A DNA stretch of 63,323 nucleotides from a virus (IMGVR_UViG_3300003973_000001:64001-127323); one strand, 5' to 3'. Positions 26,380 through 37,069 are shown, numbered from the stretch's first letter. Made by a program: numbers and translations. Notes: generated by a model not told the origin, from the letters alone.

Positions 26380-26712
26380 ATGTTTAATAGTGTTGAAGAG
26401 GTAAAGAAATGGATTGAAGAAAATAGAGATAACTATCCTAAAGAGGTTGGGAAGGCAATAGATTTCCTAATTAAAAAATCCGAAGTAGTGAGAAGTGATG
26501 AGTTTGTAGGTATGGAGATTAAAGATTTCTATTGCAATGGCTTCTTTGGTAGAACTTACGATTTAGAGGGTGCGATAGTCGTTAGCAATGGAAGTGACTG
26601 GGTAAATGTTAGGACTAGATACGGAGACCTGTATACCGCTCATTTTACAGATGGATGGGAGACGGAAATGAGGAACTACATGGAAGAGTGGACGAAAGAG
26701 AGGGAACTCTAA
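26380..26712 (+). CDS. Hypothetical protein
   Basis: GGAGG RBS. Confidence 0.7.
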   Translation: MFNSVEEVKKWIEENRDNYPKEVGKAIDFLIKKSEVVRSDEFVGMEIKDFYCNGFFGRTYDLEGAIVVSNGSDWVNVRTRYGDLYTAHFTDGWETEMRNYMEEWTKEREL

Positions 26713-26827
26713 TGTATATTTGTAAACTGTGTAATAAGATACTAGGATGGTCAAATGGATTGTTACTCTATATTACTTGTGAGACATATTACAACGGAAA
26801 GAAATGTAATTAATAGGAGGCAACGTT

Positions 26828-27025
26828 ATGAATGAAAAAGAAAAGGTTGAATCATTCTTTAAAGAGCTAAACGCTCTATCTGAAAAGTATGGGTTCGAAA
26901 TCACATCAGAGGGCAATTCTCCTTTGTTATACGATGCCAATAAGCAAGAATATATAGGCGAATTCTGGATGTCGATATTTACAGGTAAGTATGAAATAGG
27001 TGGAGACGGAATATCTTGTGATTAA
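26828..27025 (+). CDS. Hypothetical protein
   Basis: GGAGG RBS. Confidence 0.65.
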   Translation: MNEKEKVESFFKELNALSEKYGFEITSEGNSPLLYDANKQEYIGEFWMSIFTGKYEIGGDGISCD

Positions 27026-27047
27026 AATACATTTATGAGGTGATAAT

Positions 27048-27269
27048 ATGGCATTTGAAAAACAATTCGCCTGCAAAGGTGATGGAGATGAAAGCGATAT
27101 TCTTATAGTTGAGCAACAGAAATACCCAAATCGAGGTCTGATATGGTTTGAGGCAAGAACCAAGGAAGAAGATGGGGAAGTAAGTGAGACTTGCGTAGCT
27201 ATAACAAGAAGAGAATTTATGGAGATATATAACTCCATAGACTGGGAAGGCGTAGAATACGATTATTAA
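27048..27269 (+). CDS. Hypothetical protein
   Basis: GAGGTG RBS. Confidence 0.65.
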   Translation: MAFEKQFACKGDGDESDILIVEQQKYPNRGLIWFEARTKEEDGEVSETCVAITRREFMEIYNSIDWEGVEYDY

Positions 27270-27658
27270 AAACTACATTTTATGAAGAGGTGACAATATG
27301 ACATTAAACGATTTTATTAAAAGAATTACCACAGAAGATTTAGATAAAATGATTGTTTTTAGAGATGAAGACGGTAGTTGGAGCAATATAAATATTGAAG
27401 TTAAAAAGCATGAGATATCTATTACTTGTGATACTAATGAATTATTTTCAAGCGACAAATAGATAAAATGACATTTTTATGAGGTGGAATATGAATAAGG
27501 AAAATAAGAAAGAATGTTGGAACTGCAAGGGGAAGGGTAAGAGTTCGCAAGTTAGAGTTATTGGAGCATTAGTAACAACTATCAATGTAAGTTGTCATTA
27601 TTGTAATGGAACAGGATATAAAAATAGATAAAACTACATTTACAAAGGAGATATATTA

Positions 27659-28372
27659 ATGAGCAAATTAATCGATTTAAATAAGAAGGCACAGATTGTA
27701 TTAGAAAAGAAAGCTATTTTTGGTGAGAAGGCACAGGTTGTATTTATTACCGACATTTCAGGTTCTATGGGAAGCCTTTATAGAAATGGAACAATGCAAG
27801 AACTAACCGACAGAACACTTGGAATTGGCATGAACTTAGATATTGATAAAAGTATTGATATGTTCGCATTCGGAAGACATGCACACGAGATTGGCTCTGT
27901 AACAGAAGGTAATCACCAAGGATTCGTAGACAATGTCTTGTTACAAAAAACATCATTAGAAAGCTCAACTTATTACGCAGAAGTAATGGATATGGTTGTA
28001 AGGAGATATGGACAACCTGTTAAAAAGGGATTGCTATCACGAATAATGGGGAGTAAAAATACTGAAAAGCCTACTATACCTACGTTAGTTTTCTTCATCA
28101 CAGATGGTGATAACTTTGATAAAAAAGAGGCGGAAGATATTATTCGTAAATCATCTATCCAACCAATCTTCTGGCAATTTGTCGGTATCGGTGGGGCGAA
28201 TTTTGAGTTTTTAAGAAAGCTTGATGATATGTCTGGTAGATTTCTAGACAATGCTGACTTCTTTAACATTAATGACCTGCGAAGAATCAGTGATGAAGAG
28301 TTTATGGAGAGGGTTTTAAATGAGTTCCCACAGTGGATTAAGGAAGCAAGAGCGAAAGGGGTATTAGCATGA
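27659..28372 (+). CDS. vWA domain protein, TerF-associated type
   Basis: DISGSM MIDAS, FFITDG, FWQFVGIG, LDDMSGRFLDNADFF. Confidence 0.85.
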   Translation: MSKLIDLNKKAQIVLEKKAIFGEKAQVVFITDISGSMGSLYRNGTMQELTDRTLGIGMNLDIDKSIDMFAFGRHAHEIGSVTEGNHQGFVDNVLLQKTSLESSTYYAEVMDMVVRRYGQPVKKGLLSRIMGSKNTEKPTIPTLVFFITDGDNFDKKEAEDIIRKSSIQPIFWQFVGIGGANFEFLRKLDDMSGRFLDNADFFNINDLRRISDEEFMERVLNEFPQWIKEARAKGVLA

Positions 28373-29079
28373 GCGAAAAACAAAGAGAATTAAGACCAAT
28401 TAGAGTTAACTATACTTGCGATGAGTGTAAGGATACAGAGCTAAAATTTACAGGGATGATAAAGCCAATAAGTCCTCCTCTATACGTCCATAAATGCACT
28501 AAATGTAAGAAGATATTTAATTTAAACAAGCAATATCCATCAGTAGAATATAAGGAGATTGATAAAGTTGGAAAAACACTATTTAAAGTTCCTATAGGAG
28601 ATTGGTCAAACGATGGGCATAATCAGTCAGAAGATTATTATGTATACTGCAATTACCCTGTAGAAGCGATGAGGCAAGCATACAAGGATACGTGTAAAAA
28701 GATTGGGTTACAAATGAATCACAATGAAAATTATACAGGGATTGAAGGCTTAGGATATCGTACATGGAGATACTTATTAACGGAATATGAAGAATCAAGC
28801 ATTAGTGTGGATGCGGTTGAAATCCTACTAAACCATGGGTTCAAGTTTAGCGAAGATGAATTGCCTAGTGGTGAATTTGAATATCATGATGGAAGATTTA
28901 TAGCTGTCAGTTCAGTTAGCGCATCAACAGAAACAGCATTTAAACTATTTATGTGGTTCATTTCTTATAGTATGCCGAAGGATTTTGAGTGGGAAGAACT
29001 AAACCTTGAAGCAGAACCAATTGTTGGGTATTGGAACAAGGGGTTAAATCAACAAATTGGATATGGAGTATTTTCTTAA
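28369..29079 (+). CDS. Hypothetical protein with N-terminal Zn ribbon
   Basis: CDEC...HKCTKC. Confidence 0.7.
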   Translation: MSEKQRELRPIRVNYTCDECKDTELKFTGMIKPISPPLYVHKCTKCKKIFNLNKQYPSVEYKEIDKVGKTLFKVPIGDWSNDGHNQSEDYYVYCNYPVEAMRQAYKDTCKKIGLQMNHNENYTGIEGLGYRTWRYLLTEYEESSISVDAVEILLNHGFKFSEDELPSGEFEYHDGRFIAVSSVSASTETAFKLFMWFISYSMPKDFEWEELNLEAEPIVGYWNKGLNQQIGYGVFS

Positions 29080-29111
29080 TACGAAATAAACAATTAATTT
29101 GGAGGGCTATT

Positions 29112-29486
29112 ATGGTCAAAGTTATTGTAGCAGGTAGCAGAGAGTTCAATGATTACAAGAAATTAGCTACGAATCTTGTAGCCTACTTTATGAGAAAAGG
29201 ATATTATCCTAAAGATGTTGAGATTATTAGTGGTACAGCAGGCGGTGCAGATAAGCTTGGAGAGAGATTTGCAGAAAAGGCAGGTTGCAAGCTTACTAGA
29301 ATGCCTGCAGATTGGGATGGGTTAGGAAAGAAGGCAGGGTATATTAGAAACTGGGATATGGCAAAATATGCAGGCTCAGATGGTGTTTGCTTCTGTTTCT
29401 GGGATGGAAAGAGTAAGGGAACTAAGCATATGATTGACCTTGCACGTAAAGAGGGATTAGAAGTACACGTTATTATTTTTTCTTAA
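29112..29486 (+). CDS. SLOG-superfamily (DUF2493/YspA-like) protein
   Basis: VAGSREF, ISGTAGGAD, AGYIRN, FWDGKSKGT. Confidence 0.85.
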   Translation: MVKVIVAGSREFNDYKKLATNLVAYFMRKGYYPKDVEIISGTAGGADKLGERFAEKAGCKLTRMPADWDGLGKKAGYIRNWDMAKYAGSDGVCFCFWDGKSKGTKHMIDLARKEGLEVHVIIFS

Positions 29487-29505
29487 AAAACATTAAACGA
29501 AAGTA

Positions 29506-29534
29506 TTGCATAAAATCAAAAAGAGATATATAAT
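29506..29534 (+). promoter_or_regulatory. sigmaA promoter overlapped by motif A
   Basis: TTGCAT-17-TATAAT. Confidence 0.75.
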
Positions 29535-29562
29535 TAGGAGGAATCTTAAAGCAAACTAAGGG

Positions 29563-29751
29563 GTGTTGCTAATGCAATATGCACTGGAAGTATTGCAAGA
29601 AAGAAGAGATGTCATTGAAAAAATGGTTAAATTATCTAAAGCAGAAGATAATTGGTACGAATTCGATGGTATTGAAGGAAAGCTTCGAGACCTCGATGAA
29701 GCAGTCTACTGCATTAAAATGGGAGGATGTAAGTATGGGAAGCATGATTAG
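29563..29751 (+). CDS. Hypothetical protein
   Basis: ORF with GGGG RBS. Confidence 0.55.
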   Translation: MLLMQYALEVLQERRDVIEKMVKLSKAEDNWYEFDGIEGKLRDLDEAVYCIKMGGCKYGKHD

Positions 29752-30100
29752 TATTGGTGGAGTAACTTATACTGGAAGAAACATTACCGTTAATAACGGT
29801 CAAGTCATTGTTGATGGGGTTATCCAAGGACAGAAATTGGAAGAGAAGAATATCATTATTAACGCTGATAATTTTCAAGGCACTTTAAAATGTGGCTATA
29901 GTACAGTTGTCAATGGTAACGTCGGTGGCGATGTCGATTCGAATGGTTCAGTAACATGTGATAAAATTGGCGGTTCTGTAAGCGCAGGTGGCTCTGTAAG
30001 ATGCGATGATGTTAAAGGAAATGTATCAGCAGGTGGAAGTGTTAATTGTGGTAATATTGGTGGCTCTGTAATGGCAGGCGGTTCAATTAAACATCGATAA
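29735..30100 (+). CDS. Gly-rich beta-helix repeat protein (bactofilin-like repeats)
   Basis: Repeated GGSVSAGGSVxC units. Confidence 0.65.
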   Translation: MGSMISIGGVTYTGRNITVNNGQVIVDGVIQGQKLEEKNIIINADNFQGTLKCGYSTVVNGNVGGDVDSNGSVTCDKIGGSVSAGGSVRCDDVKGNVSAGGSVNCGNIGGSVMAGGSIKHR

Positions 30101-30162
30101 AATAATTAAACAAAAGTATTGCAGAAAAACAAAAAGTAGTGTAAGCTAAGGTAAGTGAGGTA

Positions 30163-30345
30163 ATGAAAGTGTTTGATGAATCTCAAGAAGCATTAAAGAG
30201 AATTGAAGCGCAAAGAATGCGAAACATTGTTGATGTCGTATGCGATGGCGATAGAGACAATATCGGCTCTCAACTATCAATCGATATTAGAGGAATATAT
30301 ACAATCAACGACATGCAGGAAATGCATGAGAAAGGCGGTTTTTAA
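30163..30345 (+). CDS. Hypothetical protein
   Basis: GAGG RBS. Confidence 0.6.
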   Translation: MKVFDESQEALKRIEAQRMRNIVDVVCDGDRDNIGSQLSIDIRGIYTINDMQEMHEKGGF

Positions 30346-30977
30346 TGAAGGGTGTAGTAAGATTAACAGTAGTAGTTGATTACGAAAAAATGTTAAAAGC
30401 AGAAAACATTAAAGCGATTCAAGATTTTACTGGTGCAGAAACAGAAGAGGAAATGATGAAGCTACATATGAGTCAGCTAAGTGAGAGCATTGTAAGCATC
30501 GTTCAGAAACCTCTTATGGAATACGAATTAGATGGTAAGTTTGTAGATGACAAGCCAGTTCAACAACAATCTCCTAAAGAATGGACTCCTTCAGAAGAGG
30601 ATTATAAAGTTGTAGAACATGAAGCTGAGAACGTGCAAATTCCAGTAGAAGTAGCCAAGGAGTTTCGTGAAAAGATGAATATGACTACTGAGAAAGGGAT
30701 ATATGAAGAGAACTTGTCTCTTGTAAAAGATTTTGAAGACGATATTGAGCATGTGTCCACTGAGCTAGGGATTCCTAAATCGATTCGTATCAATGGAGAG
30801 ATGTTACAGGCTATCCAGTCTGGAGTAGATTATCTAGCAAAATCTCAAACAGAGAATGGTACATTGACAAGATACAATGGCTTTCCTGTTACGATTGAAG
30901 GGATGGAAGAGAAGTATCACATTATTTATCAAGAGTATAACGGTCAAGTTATGGGAGCTTACACTCATAATAAATAA
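30345..30977 (+). CDS. Hypothetical protein
   Basis: TAATG coupling. Confidence 0.7.
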   Translation: MKGVVRLTVVVDYEKMLKAENIKAIQDFTGAETEEEMMKLHMSQLSESIVSIVQKPLMEYELDGKFVDDKPVQQQSPKEWTPSEEDYKVVEHEAENVQIPVEVAKEFREKMNMTTEKGIYEENLSLVKDFEDDIEHVSTELGIPKSIRINGEMLQAIQSGVDYLAKSQTENGTLTRYNGFPVTIEGMEEKYHIIYQEYNGQVMGAYTHNK

Positions 30978-31042
30978 CATTTTAAATCGGCTATATTAAA
31001 AAAAGTATTGCGGATAGCCGATAATAAAGAAAGGAAGTTAAA

Positions 31043-31324
31043 ATGGGGATTGGAATGATTTTGCAAGTAGCAGGAACAGCATTGCTACTAGGTGGTTATA
31101 TGCCACAAATTATCAAGCTTCGTAAGACAAAGAATCCAACTGGAATTAGTACTCTGTTCTGGGTGTTAATCGCAGTAGGAGCGACATGTATCTTAGTCAA
31201 TATGCATCTTGGAGGAACTCCTATAGAGATTCGTATGACTCAAGTATTTAATGCAGGATTCGCTTGGTACACTCTATTTCTAGTAATGGGATGTAAGAAG
31301 GATTGGAAAGGGGATAGCGAGTGA
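31043..31324 (+). CDS. PQ-loop (SemiSWEET-like) 3-TM protein
   Basis: GYMPQIIKLRKTK..GIS. Confidence 0.8.
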   Translation: MGIGMILQVAGTALLLGGYMPQIIKLRKTKNPTGISTLFWVLIAVGATCILVNMHLGGTPIEIRMTQVFNAGFAWYTLFLVMGCKKDWKGDSE

Positions 31325-31614
31325 TGACAGCACAAGAGATTGGTTACATCTTTCAAACTATCGGAACGATTTGTTTGTTAGGAGCTTACGTACCGCAAAT
31401 CGTTCATCTATTAAAGGTGAAAGAGGCTGAGGGTGTAAGTCGTGGTTTATGGGTTGTATTAGGAAGCGGACTATTCTTAATCTTAATCAATATGATTATC
31501 GGTGAAACTCCGATTGATGTAGTAATTACTGAAGCAATTAACGTACTATTAATCTTCTATCTATATTGTTTAACGGTTTATTACCAAAATAAAAAGCTTA
31601 AAAATAAGCGTTGA
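31321..31614 (+). CDS. PQ-loop (SemiSWEET-like) 3-TM protein, tandem paralog
   Basis: AYVPQIVHLLKVK..GVS. Confidence 0.8.
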   Translation: MMTAQEIGYIFQTIGTICLLGAYVPQIVHLLKVKEAEGVSRGLWVVLGSGLFLILINMIIGETPIDVVITEAINVLLIFYLYCLTVYYQNKKLKNKR

Positions 31615-31639
31615 CACCATTAAACAAAAGTATTACAAT
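31611..31639 (+). promoter_or_regulatory. sigmaA promoter of the replication operon with motif A in the spacer
   Basis: TTGACA-17-TACAAT. Confidence 0.8.
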
Positions 31640-31796
31640 TGAATATGTGACGAGAGATTTTCTTCTCTCTCACATTTCAAAAGTGGCAAAGTAATTAAGC
31701 TAATATCTTAAACAAAAGTATTGCAGATATTGGTTTAAAGAGGGTGACCACTTCTGAAAAGAAGATAAAATAAATAGACGAAAGAGGTAATCAATT

Positions 31797-32966
31797 ATGA
31801 CAGAATTAAAAAAGCGTATTTCAAGTATCACAGTGGTAGGGAAAGCTAAAATCAATGACAAAACATTTAGCGGTGAAACAACTAGCCCAACTACTGGATT
31901 CAAATACTGCAACATTAACTTAGGTATCGAAACTTCAGAAGGTAACGTAATTTACGGTAAAATGATGGGCGGATATTCTCCTAAGAAGCCAGTATTATAC
32001 GGAATGGACAAAGATAGCAATCAAATGCTAATCAACTGGAATGACCGTTTCAATGAGAAGATTATCGATTCAAGCGCAGACTTTAAATTACATAAGATTG
32101 GCGTAGAGAAGGACGATAACGATAAAACGATTGTAAAACGATTCTTATCTCCATTAGACGTACACAACTATCTGCAAGAACACTTAAAAGAAGGTATGAT
32201 GATTTGCGTTAAAGGTGAATACGAATTCAGCGAATACAACGGAAATGACAAGCGTGAGTTCAAAATCAAGGATATTTACTTAAGCAACCAAGAAGAAGGA
32301 TTCGCTAACTTCCGTCAAACAATCTTGTTAGATGAGTACGCTATCAGCAAAGAAGCATTAAAGGCTTCAAAGGAAAGCGGAGAAGTTGTTATCCAAGCTA
32401 AAGTTGCTCAATACGTAGGTAAGCGTGATGGTAAAGAGTTCAAAAAGACAATTCCATTCACGATGCCAGTAGTTGTAAAGGTGAACCAAGAGAAGCCAGA
32501 GATGACTCAAAAAGTCCTTACAGCATTATTCAAAGTTAAGAAAGGCAAGATTCGTGAATTAACAATTGAGGGTCAAATCATCGAAGGATTCGAGAAGCAA
32601 GAAATCTCTGCTAAAGATATTAAGATTTCACCAGAGGTTCAAGAGTTAATCGACATGGGGCTATACGATGAAGAAGAAGCTCTTAAGAAGATGACTGTTC
32701 AAGGGAATAAGACTCGTAAGTTAGTATTCGCTAAGCCATTCTTAAAGAAAGATGCTAATGATGAAACGAAACTTGTAATCGACTTAGACGATGTAAAGTA
32801 CACTCCTGCTGACCTAGTTGTGCCAGAAATAGAAGAGAAAGAAGAAGAGAAGAAGGAAGAAATTGATTTAAACAAAATCGCTGAAGATGCTTCAAATGAA
32901 AAGGCTAATGACATCCAGAATGATGATATGGGTTGGATGAGCGCTATGGGCTTAGGTAGCAACTAA
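31797..32966 (+). CDS. Putative ssDNA-binding replication protein
   Basis: OB-like beta-rich body, acidic C-terminal tail, first gene of the replication module. Confidence 0.5.
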   Translation: MTELKKRISSITVVGKAKINDKTFSGETTSPTTGFKYCNINLGIETSEGNVIYGKMMGGYSPKKPVLYGMDKDSNQMLINWNDRFNEKIIDSSADFKLHKIGVEKDDNDKTIVKRFLSPLDVHNYLQEHLKEGMMICVKGEYEFSEYNGNDKREFKIKDIYLSNQEEGFANFRQTILLDEYAISKEALKASKESGEVVIQAKVAQYVGKRDGKEFKKTIPFTMPVVVKVNQEKPEMTQKVLTALFKVKKGKIRELTIEGQIIEGFEKQEISAKDIKISPEVQELIDMGLYDEEEALKKMTVQGNKTRKLVFAKPFLKKDANDETKLVIDLDDVKYTPADLVVPEIEEKEEEKKEEIDLNKIAEDASNEKANDIQNDDMGWMSAMGLGSN

Positions 32967-33065
32967 TAAACTTAATATAGGGAGTAGTTTTAATCTGCTC
33001 CCTTAAACAAAAGATTTGCAGTAAAACTAAAAAACTATAAAACAAACGAAAGAGGTAACTATATT

Positions 33066-34040
33066 ATGTCATTATTCCGTAAACCATCTACTAAACGCAT
33101 TGGATTAAAAGCTCTTATCATGGGAGAAACAGGTTCTGGTAAATCTGTATTCGCATTATCATTCCCAAAAGTATACGCATTAGATGCTGAGACTGGTATG
33201 TCTTGGTATGAAAACGACAAGAAGTGGGGTACTAACTTACTAGGTGTAGCTAATACTCAAAGTCACGGAGAAATGTCAGAGGCTATTGATGAGATTTCAG
33301 AAATGGTATCGTTTGACGAAGGTGCGGTTGGTACATTAGCAATTGACTCTGAAACTAAATTCTATCAAAACTTAACTGACTCTGCTCTTACAGTAGAAGA
33401 GAAGAAGGCAATCGCCAAAGGTAAGGACGTTATGGATTCAGCAGTTTCTATGCGAGGCTATGGACGCATTAAGGCTGTAGCAACTAGATTACAAAACTTA
33501 AAGATTGACGTATCTGCTAAAGGTGTAAACGTAGTATCTATTGCACAGATTGATGATATTAAAACTAAAGTTGGCGAGCAGTTCGTTAAAATTGGTGAGA
33601 AGCCTGTAATGCAGAAGAATTCAGAATATGACTATGATTTAGTTGTTAAGCTATTTACTGAAATAGATTCAAAAGGGAAGACAATTTACAAAGGTGAAAT
33701 CAAGAAAGACCGTACTGGAGTTACTCAAGTTGGTCAAATCATTGAGAACCCAAGCTACAAAATTTGGCAGGCATATGTTGAAAGTCGTGACGGTGCGGAT
33801 AAGATTGAATCTAAATTAGCTCAAGATGCAGGCAAATCTATGAAAGTTCTTGAAAAAGAAGATGCTGAAAAAGAGAAGAGTTTATCAGATATCTTTAAAG
33901 AGCTTATGAGTAAATCAGAAGCTCATCAAAAACGAGGAATTGAGCTAGTCAGAGAAAAGGGTATCAAGAACCCAATGAAACCAGAAGCTAACGAACATGA
34001 TGCTTTGGAGGCAATTGTAAAAGAATTGCAAGCTATCTAA
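33066..34040 (+). CDS. AAA-family ATPase (Sak4/AAA_24-like recombination protein)
   Basis: GETGSGKS Walker A; LAIDSET; EYDYD. Confidence 0.75.
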   Translation: MSLFRKPSTKRIGLKALIMGETGSGKSVFALSFPKVYALDAETGMSWYENDKKWGTNLLGVANTQSHGEMSEAIDEISEMVSFDEGAVGTLAIDSETKFYQNLTDSALTVEEKKAIAKGKDVMDSAVSMRGYGRIKAVATRLQNLKIDVSAKGVNVVSIAQIDDIKTKVGEQFVKIGEKPVMQKNSEYDYDLVVKLFTEIDSKGKTIYKGEIKKDRTGVTQVGQIIENPSYKIWQAYVESRDGADKIESKLAQDAGKSMKVLEKEDAEKEKSLSDIFKELMSKSEAHQKRGIELVREKGIKNPMKPEANEHDALEAIVKELQAI

Positions 34041-34092
34041 ATACAGAAAGTTTAAAGGGGAATCTTAATTGATTTCCCTTTAAACAAAAGTA

Positions 34093-34299
34093 TTGCAGAA
34101 GGGGATGTTTTCATATATGATGAGAAGGCAGAGACAAAGGAAGCGAATTAAGAAGAGATTCATATTCTTAATTGGAAGCATATCTCTGGCAGTTATATTG
34201 CCATTATTACTATGGCTAATTTTAAAATTATTTGAATTTGCATTTATGGCGATAATCGTCTTAGTTGATATATTAATGTTCATCTACAGATTGTTCTAG
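34093..34299 (+). CDS. Small membrane protein
   Basis: Basic N-terminus plus hydrophobic helices; start uncertain. Confidence 0.5.
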   Translation: MQKGMFSYMMRRQRQRKRIKKRFIFLIGSISLAVILPLLLWLILKLFEFAFMAIIVLVDILMFIYRLF

Positions 34300-34312
34300 G
34301 AGGAGATTTACA

Positions 34313-34996
34313 GTGACAAAACCAAAAGCGAAGAAGCAGGAGAAGCCAATTAAATGTTATTACTGCGGAAAGATTATTGAGAGAAGCAGTGAACATGTTA
34401 TCAAGAAAGTTCCATTGGCTACGAAGGCAGGCATCAGAAACTATAAGAGACAGCTTCATCTGAGTTGTGTTCCAAAATACAATGAGAAACTTGAAGATAC
34501 GGATTTAAGAGTAAAAGAGAACTCTGACTGGGATGCTGTATATCAATACTTCAGAAACAATATCTTAGGATTGGATTCGACAATCCCATTAGATGACCAT
34601 ACAATTCGTAGATTACAAGGTCTTCGCCTCGGTCAATTCTATCCATCTGGGAACAATACTAGGCTACTACCGCGAGGATATGACTTTAAAACGATTCTCG
34701 TTGCTATGAAAGTGGCTAACTTAAAGATTCAACCACATCTAAAGACGGCTAGTTTTAAGGATGGGAAACATCGCGTCAACGCCATTATGAAATTTGTAAC
34801 GGATGAAATCAACGATGTGGCAATGCGATTAGAATCACAACGTAAGGCTGTTGAGAAGCTTGAAAAGGATGAGGTTACAGAAACATTTGATTATGTAACT
34901 AAGCTGAAAGAGAAGAAAGAAGCCGAAGTAAAACAAGCTAAAGAGAAAACGGAAACGCAAAGCAATATTGAAGCATTATTTGGAGGGCTATTATGA
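34313..34996 (+). CDS. Zn-finger protein upstream of helicase (possible loader or initiator)
   Basis: CYYC...HLSC; position. Confidence 0.6.
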   Translation: MTKPKAKKQEKPIKCYYCGKIIERSSEHVIKKVPLATKAGIRNYKRQLHLSCVPKYNEKLEDTDLRVKENSDWDAVYQYFRNNILGLDSTIPLDDHTIRRLQGLRLGQFYPSGNNTRLLPRGYDFKTILVAMKVANLKIQPHLKTASFKDGKHRVNAIMKFVTDEINDVAMRLESQRKAVEKLEKDEVTETFDYVTKLKEKKEAEVKQAKEKTETQSNIEALFGGLL

Positions 34997-36444
34997 GTAC
35001 AACAGAACAACGCAATGAATTTAGAGAGATGTTAAAGAAAACTAAGAATACAGCAGAGAGCTATATCGTACTTAGCATCTATAAGAAGCCAGATTTATAC
35101 TTTGATAGTAATCTATCAGCAGATGATTTTCATGAGAATGAGTGGAAGATGTATTTTGCGGTGGCAGAGAAGCTTATTAAGCAAGAGAAGAAGGCTTTGG
35201 ATGATATTGTAGTAGGATTATACGTATCAGAAAATGAGCTGTTACAGAAGATGTATGATGATTGTGGTGGGTATCAGACAATCGCAAATGGGATTACATT
35301 TGTAAAAGAAGAGAACTTCCCAAGTTATCTAACTGATATCAAGAAGACAAACGCATTAATCAAGCTACATGACTTAGGATTTCCTATCATGGAGAGATTC
35401 GAACACTATAAGGTTATGAGTGTCGATAAGATTCAAGAGGCGTTAGAAGGCGTATTAGCAACTATTTTTGCTGATGTAGACGTAGATGAAAAAGTAGAAG
35501 ATTTAAGTAGTGGGTTATTACAAGTCGTTAAAGATGCTCATGAAGGTAAAATGAGAGGATTCCCATATGCATCTCCATCACTTACAGAAACTGTGAATGG
35601 ACAGGTTTTAGGGAATATTACAATGTTATCTGCCAACTCTGGTGTTGGTAAAACGTTCTTTACTCTAGCTCAAATTCTACCAAATATGATTGAGTTCCAA
35701 GAGAAACTATTAATCTTGGCAAACGAGGAAGATAGTGTGAAATGGAAACGTGAAATCATAGTTTGGGCGATTAATAATATGACAGACGGAGACTTCCAGA
35801 AATCTAGATTTAACCGAGGCGAATTCTCTAGTGAAGAGATGGCTATCCTTAAGGCAGGCGTAGATTGGCTAGACGACCACATGAAGAAGGGTCTTATTAA
35901 TTTCGTAAACTTTAATTCATTCAACATGAACAAGGCTATTAAAACAATTAAAAAGCATTCTGCTATTCATGATGTTAAGTATTATGTACTAGATACATTG
36001 AAACTAGATAGCGATGATACAAATGTAAATGTGCAGGCATGGCTTCAATTACAGCAGAACATGGTTAAGCTACACGATGTTGTAAAGCCATCTGCGCTTA
36101 ATAGACATGTGTGGGTAACTTATCAGCTTGGAAAATCTGCTATGCTAACACGCTACCTATCTCAAAATAGTTTAGGTGTTTCTAAGAACGTAGTAGATGT
36201 AGTAGCGACATTAATGTTAGTACGTAAAGCACTAGACTCTGAGAAAGAGGGAGGGAAGAATGAAGTCCCTGTCAAAACTAAGAATGGTGCAATCGTAAAG
36301 ATGAATCCAGATAAAGAGTACTTCATTGTCTTCCTTGGCAAAAACCGTAATGGTGAGACTCATAGACAGCTAGTATTAGAGGTTGATATTGGTCGTAATA
36401 CATTTATAGACTTTGGTACATGTAACATTCCTCAAGATATTTAA
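34993..36444 (+). CDS. dnaB: DnaB-like replicative helicase
   Basis: SANSGVGKT, ANEE, VLDTLK, KNRNG. Confidence 0.85.
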   Translation: MSTTEQRNEFREMLKKTKNTAESYIVLSIYKKPDLYFDSNLSADDFHENEWKMYFAVAEKLIKQEKKALDDIVVGLYVSENELLQKMYDDCGGYQTIANGITFVKEENFPSYLTDIKKTNALIKLHDLGFPIMERFEHYKVMSVDKIQEALEGVLATIFADVDVDEKVEDLSSGLLQVVKDAHEGKMRGFPYASPSLTETVNGQVLGNITMLSANSGVGKTFFTLAQILPNMIEFQEKLLILANEEDSVKWKREIIVWAINNMTDGDFQKSRFNRGEFSSEEMAILKAGVDWLDDHMKKGLINFVNFNSFNMNKAIKTIKKHSAIHDVKYYVLDTLKLDSDDTNVNVQAWLQLQQNMVKLHDVVKPSALNRHVWVTYQLGKSAMLTRYLSQNSLGVSKNVVDVVATLMLVRKALDSEKEGGKNEVPVKTKNGAIVKMNPDKEYFIVFLGKNRNGETHRQLVLEVDIGRNTFIDFGTCNIPQDI

Positions 36445-36530
36445 AATTTATTAAACAAAAGTATTGCAGAGGTGCTGTTAGTGTGATAGTATTACATTAA
36501 CAGCAAAGCAGTACAAAAGGAGAGAATGAT

Positions 36531-36920
36531 ATGGATGTCAAGGTATCAGCAAGTGTATTAGTGCAAGCTGAAGAGATTGGCTTAATCGGAAGGAAAGAGT
36601 TAAGGATTAATGTAAAATACAATATATTAAACAAAAGTATTGCTAGAGTGATAGGGAAAAGGCATAAGGTATTAAGAACATTATTGAGCTTTGACTTTAT
36701 AAGTGATTTATCATTCTACAAAGATTGCATAGAAACTCTCAATTCTATGGATAATCAGGAGGCTGTCATTGATATGATACAAAAGGATATCAATAGCAAA
36801 ATATCTAAGCATAAAGACTCCATTCTTGCGGATGAGATGCTTAAGGAGTTACACAAGGTTGCCAGTGACTTTTCTAATAATGGGAAGCAAATGAGTATTA
36901 ACATTGAAATCAAAATGTAA
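36531..36920 (+). CDS. Hypothetical protein containing an internal motif A copy
   Basis: AAGGAG RBS. Confidence 0.65.
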   Translation: MDVKVSASVLVQAEEIGLIGRKELRINVKYNILNKSIARVIGKRHKVLRTLLSFDFISDLSFYKDCIETLNSMDNQEAVIDMIQKDINSKISKHKDSILADEMLKELHKVASDFSNNGKQMSINIEIKM

Positions 36921-37069
36921 AAGGAGATGTTTTAATGGATAGTTGGGAACTAGCAGTTAAAATTCTTGCAAAGATTGAGGATAAGCTCAAATGCGATAAG
37001 GATGAGTTGACTGAAGAAGTTTACGAAACAATTAATAAGTATCTATCAGAGTACTAGGAGGTAAATAAA

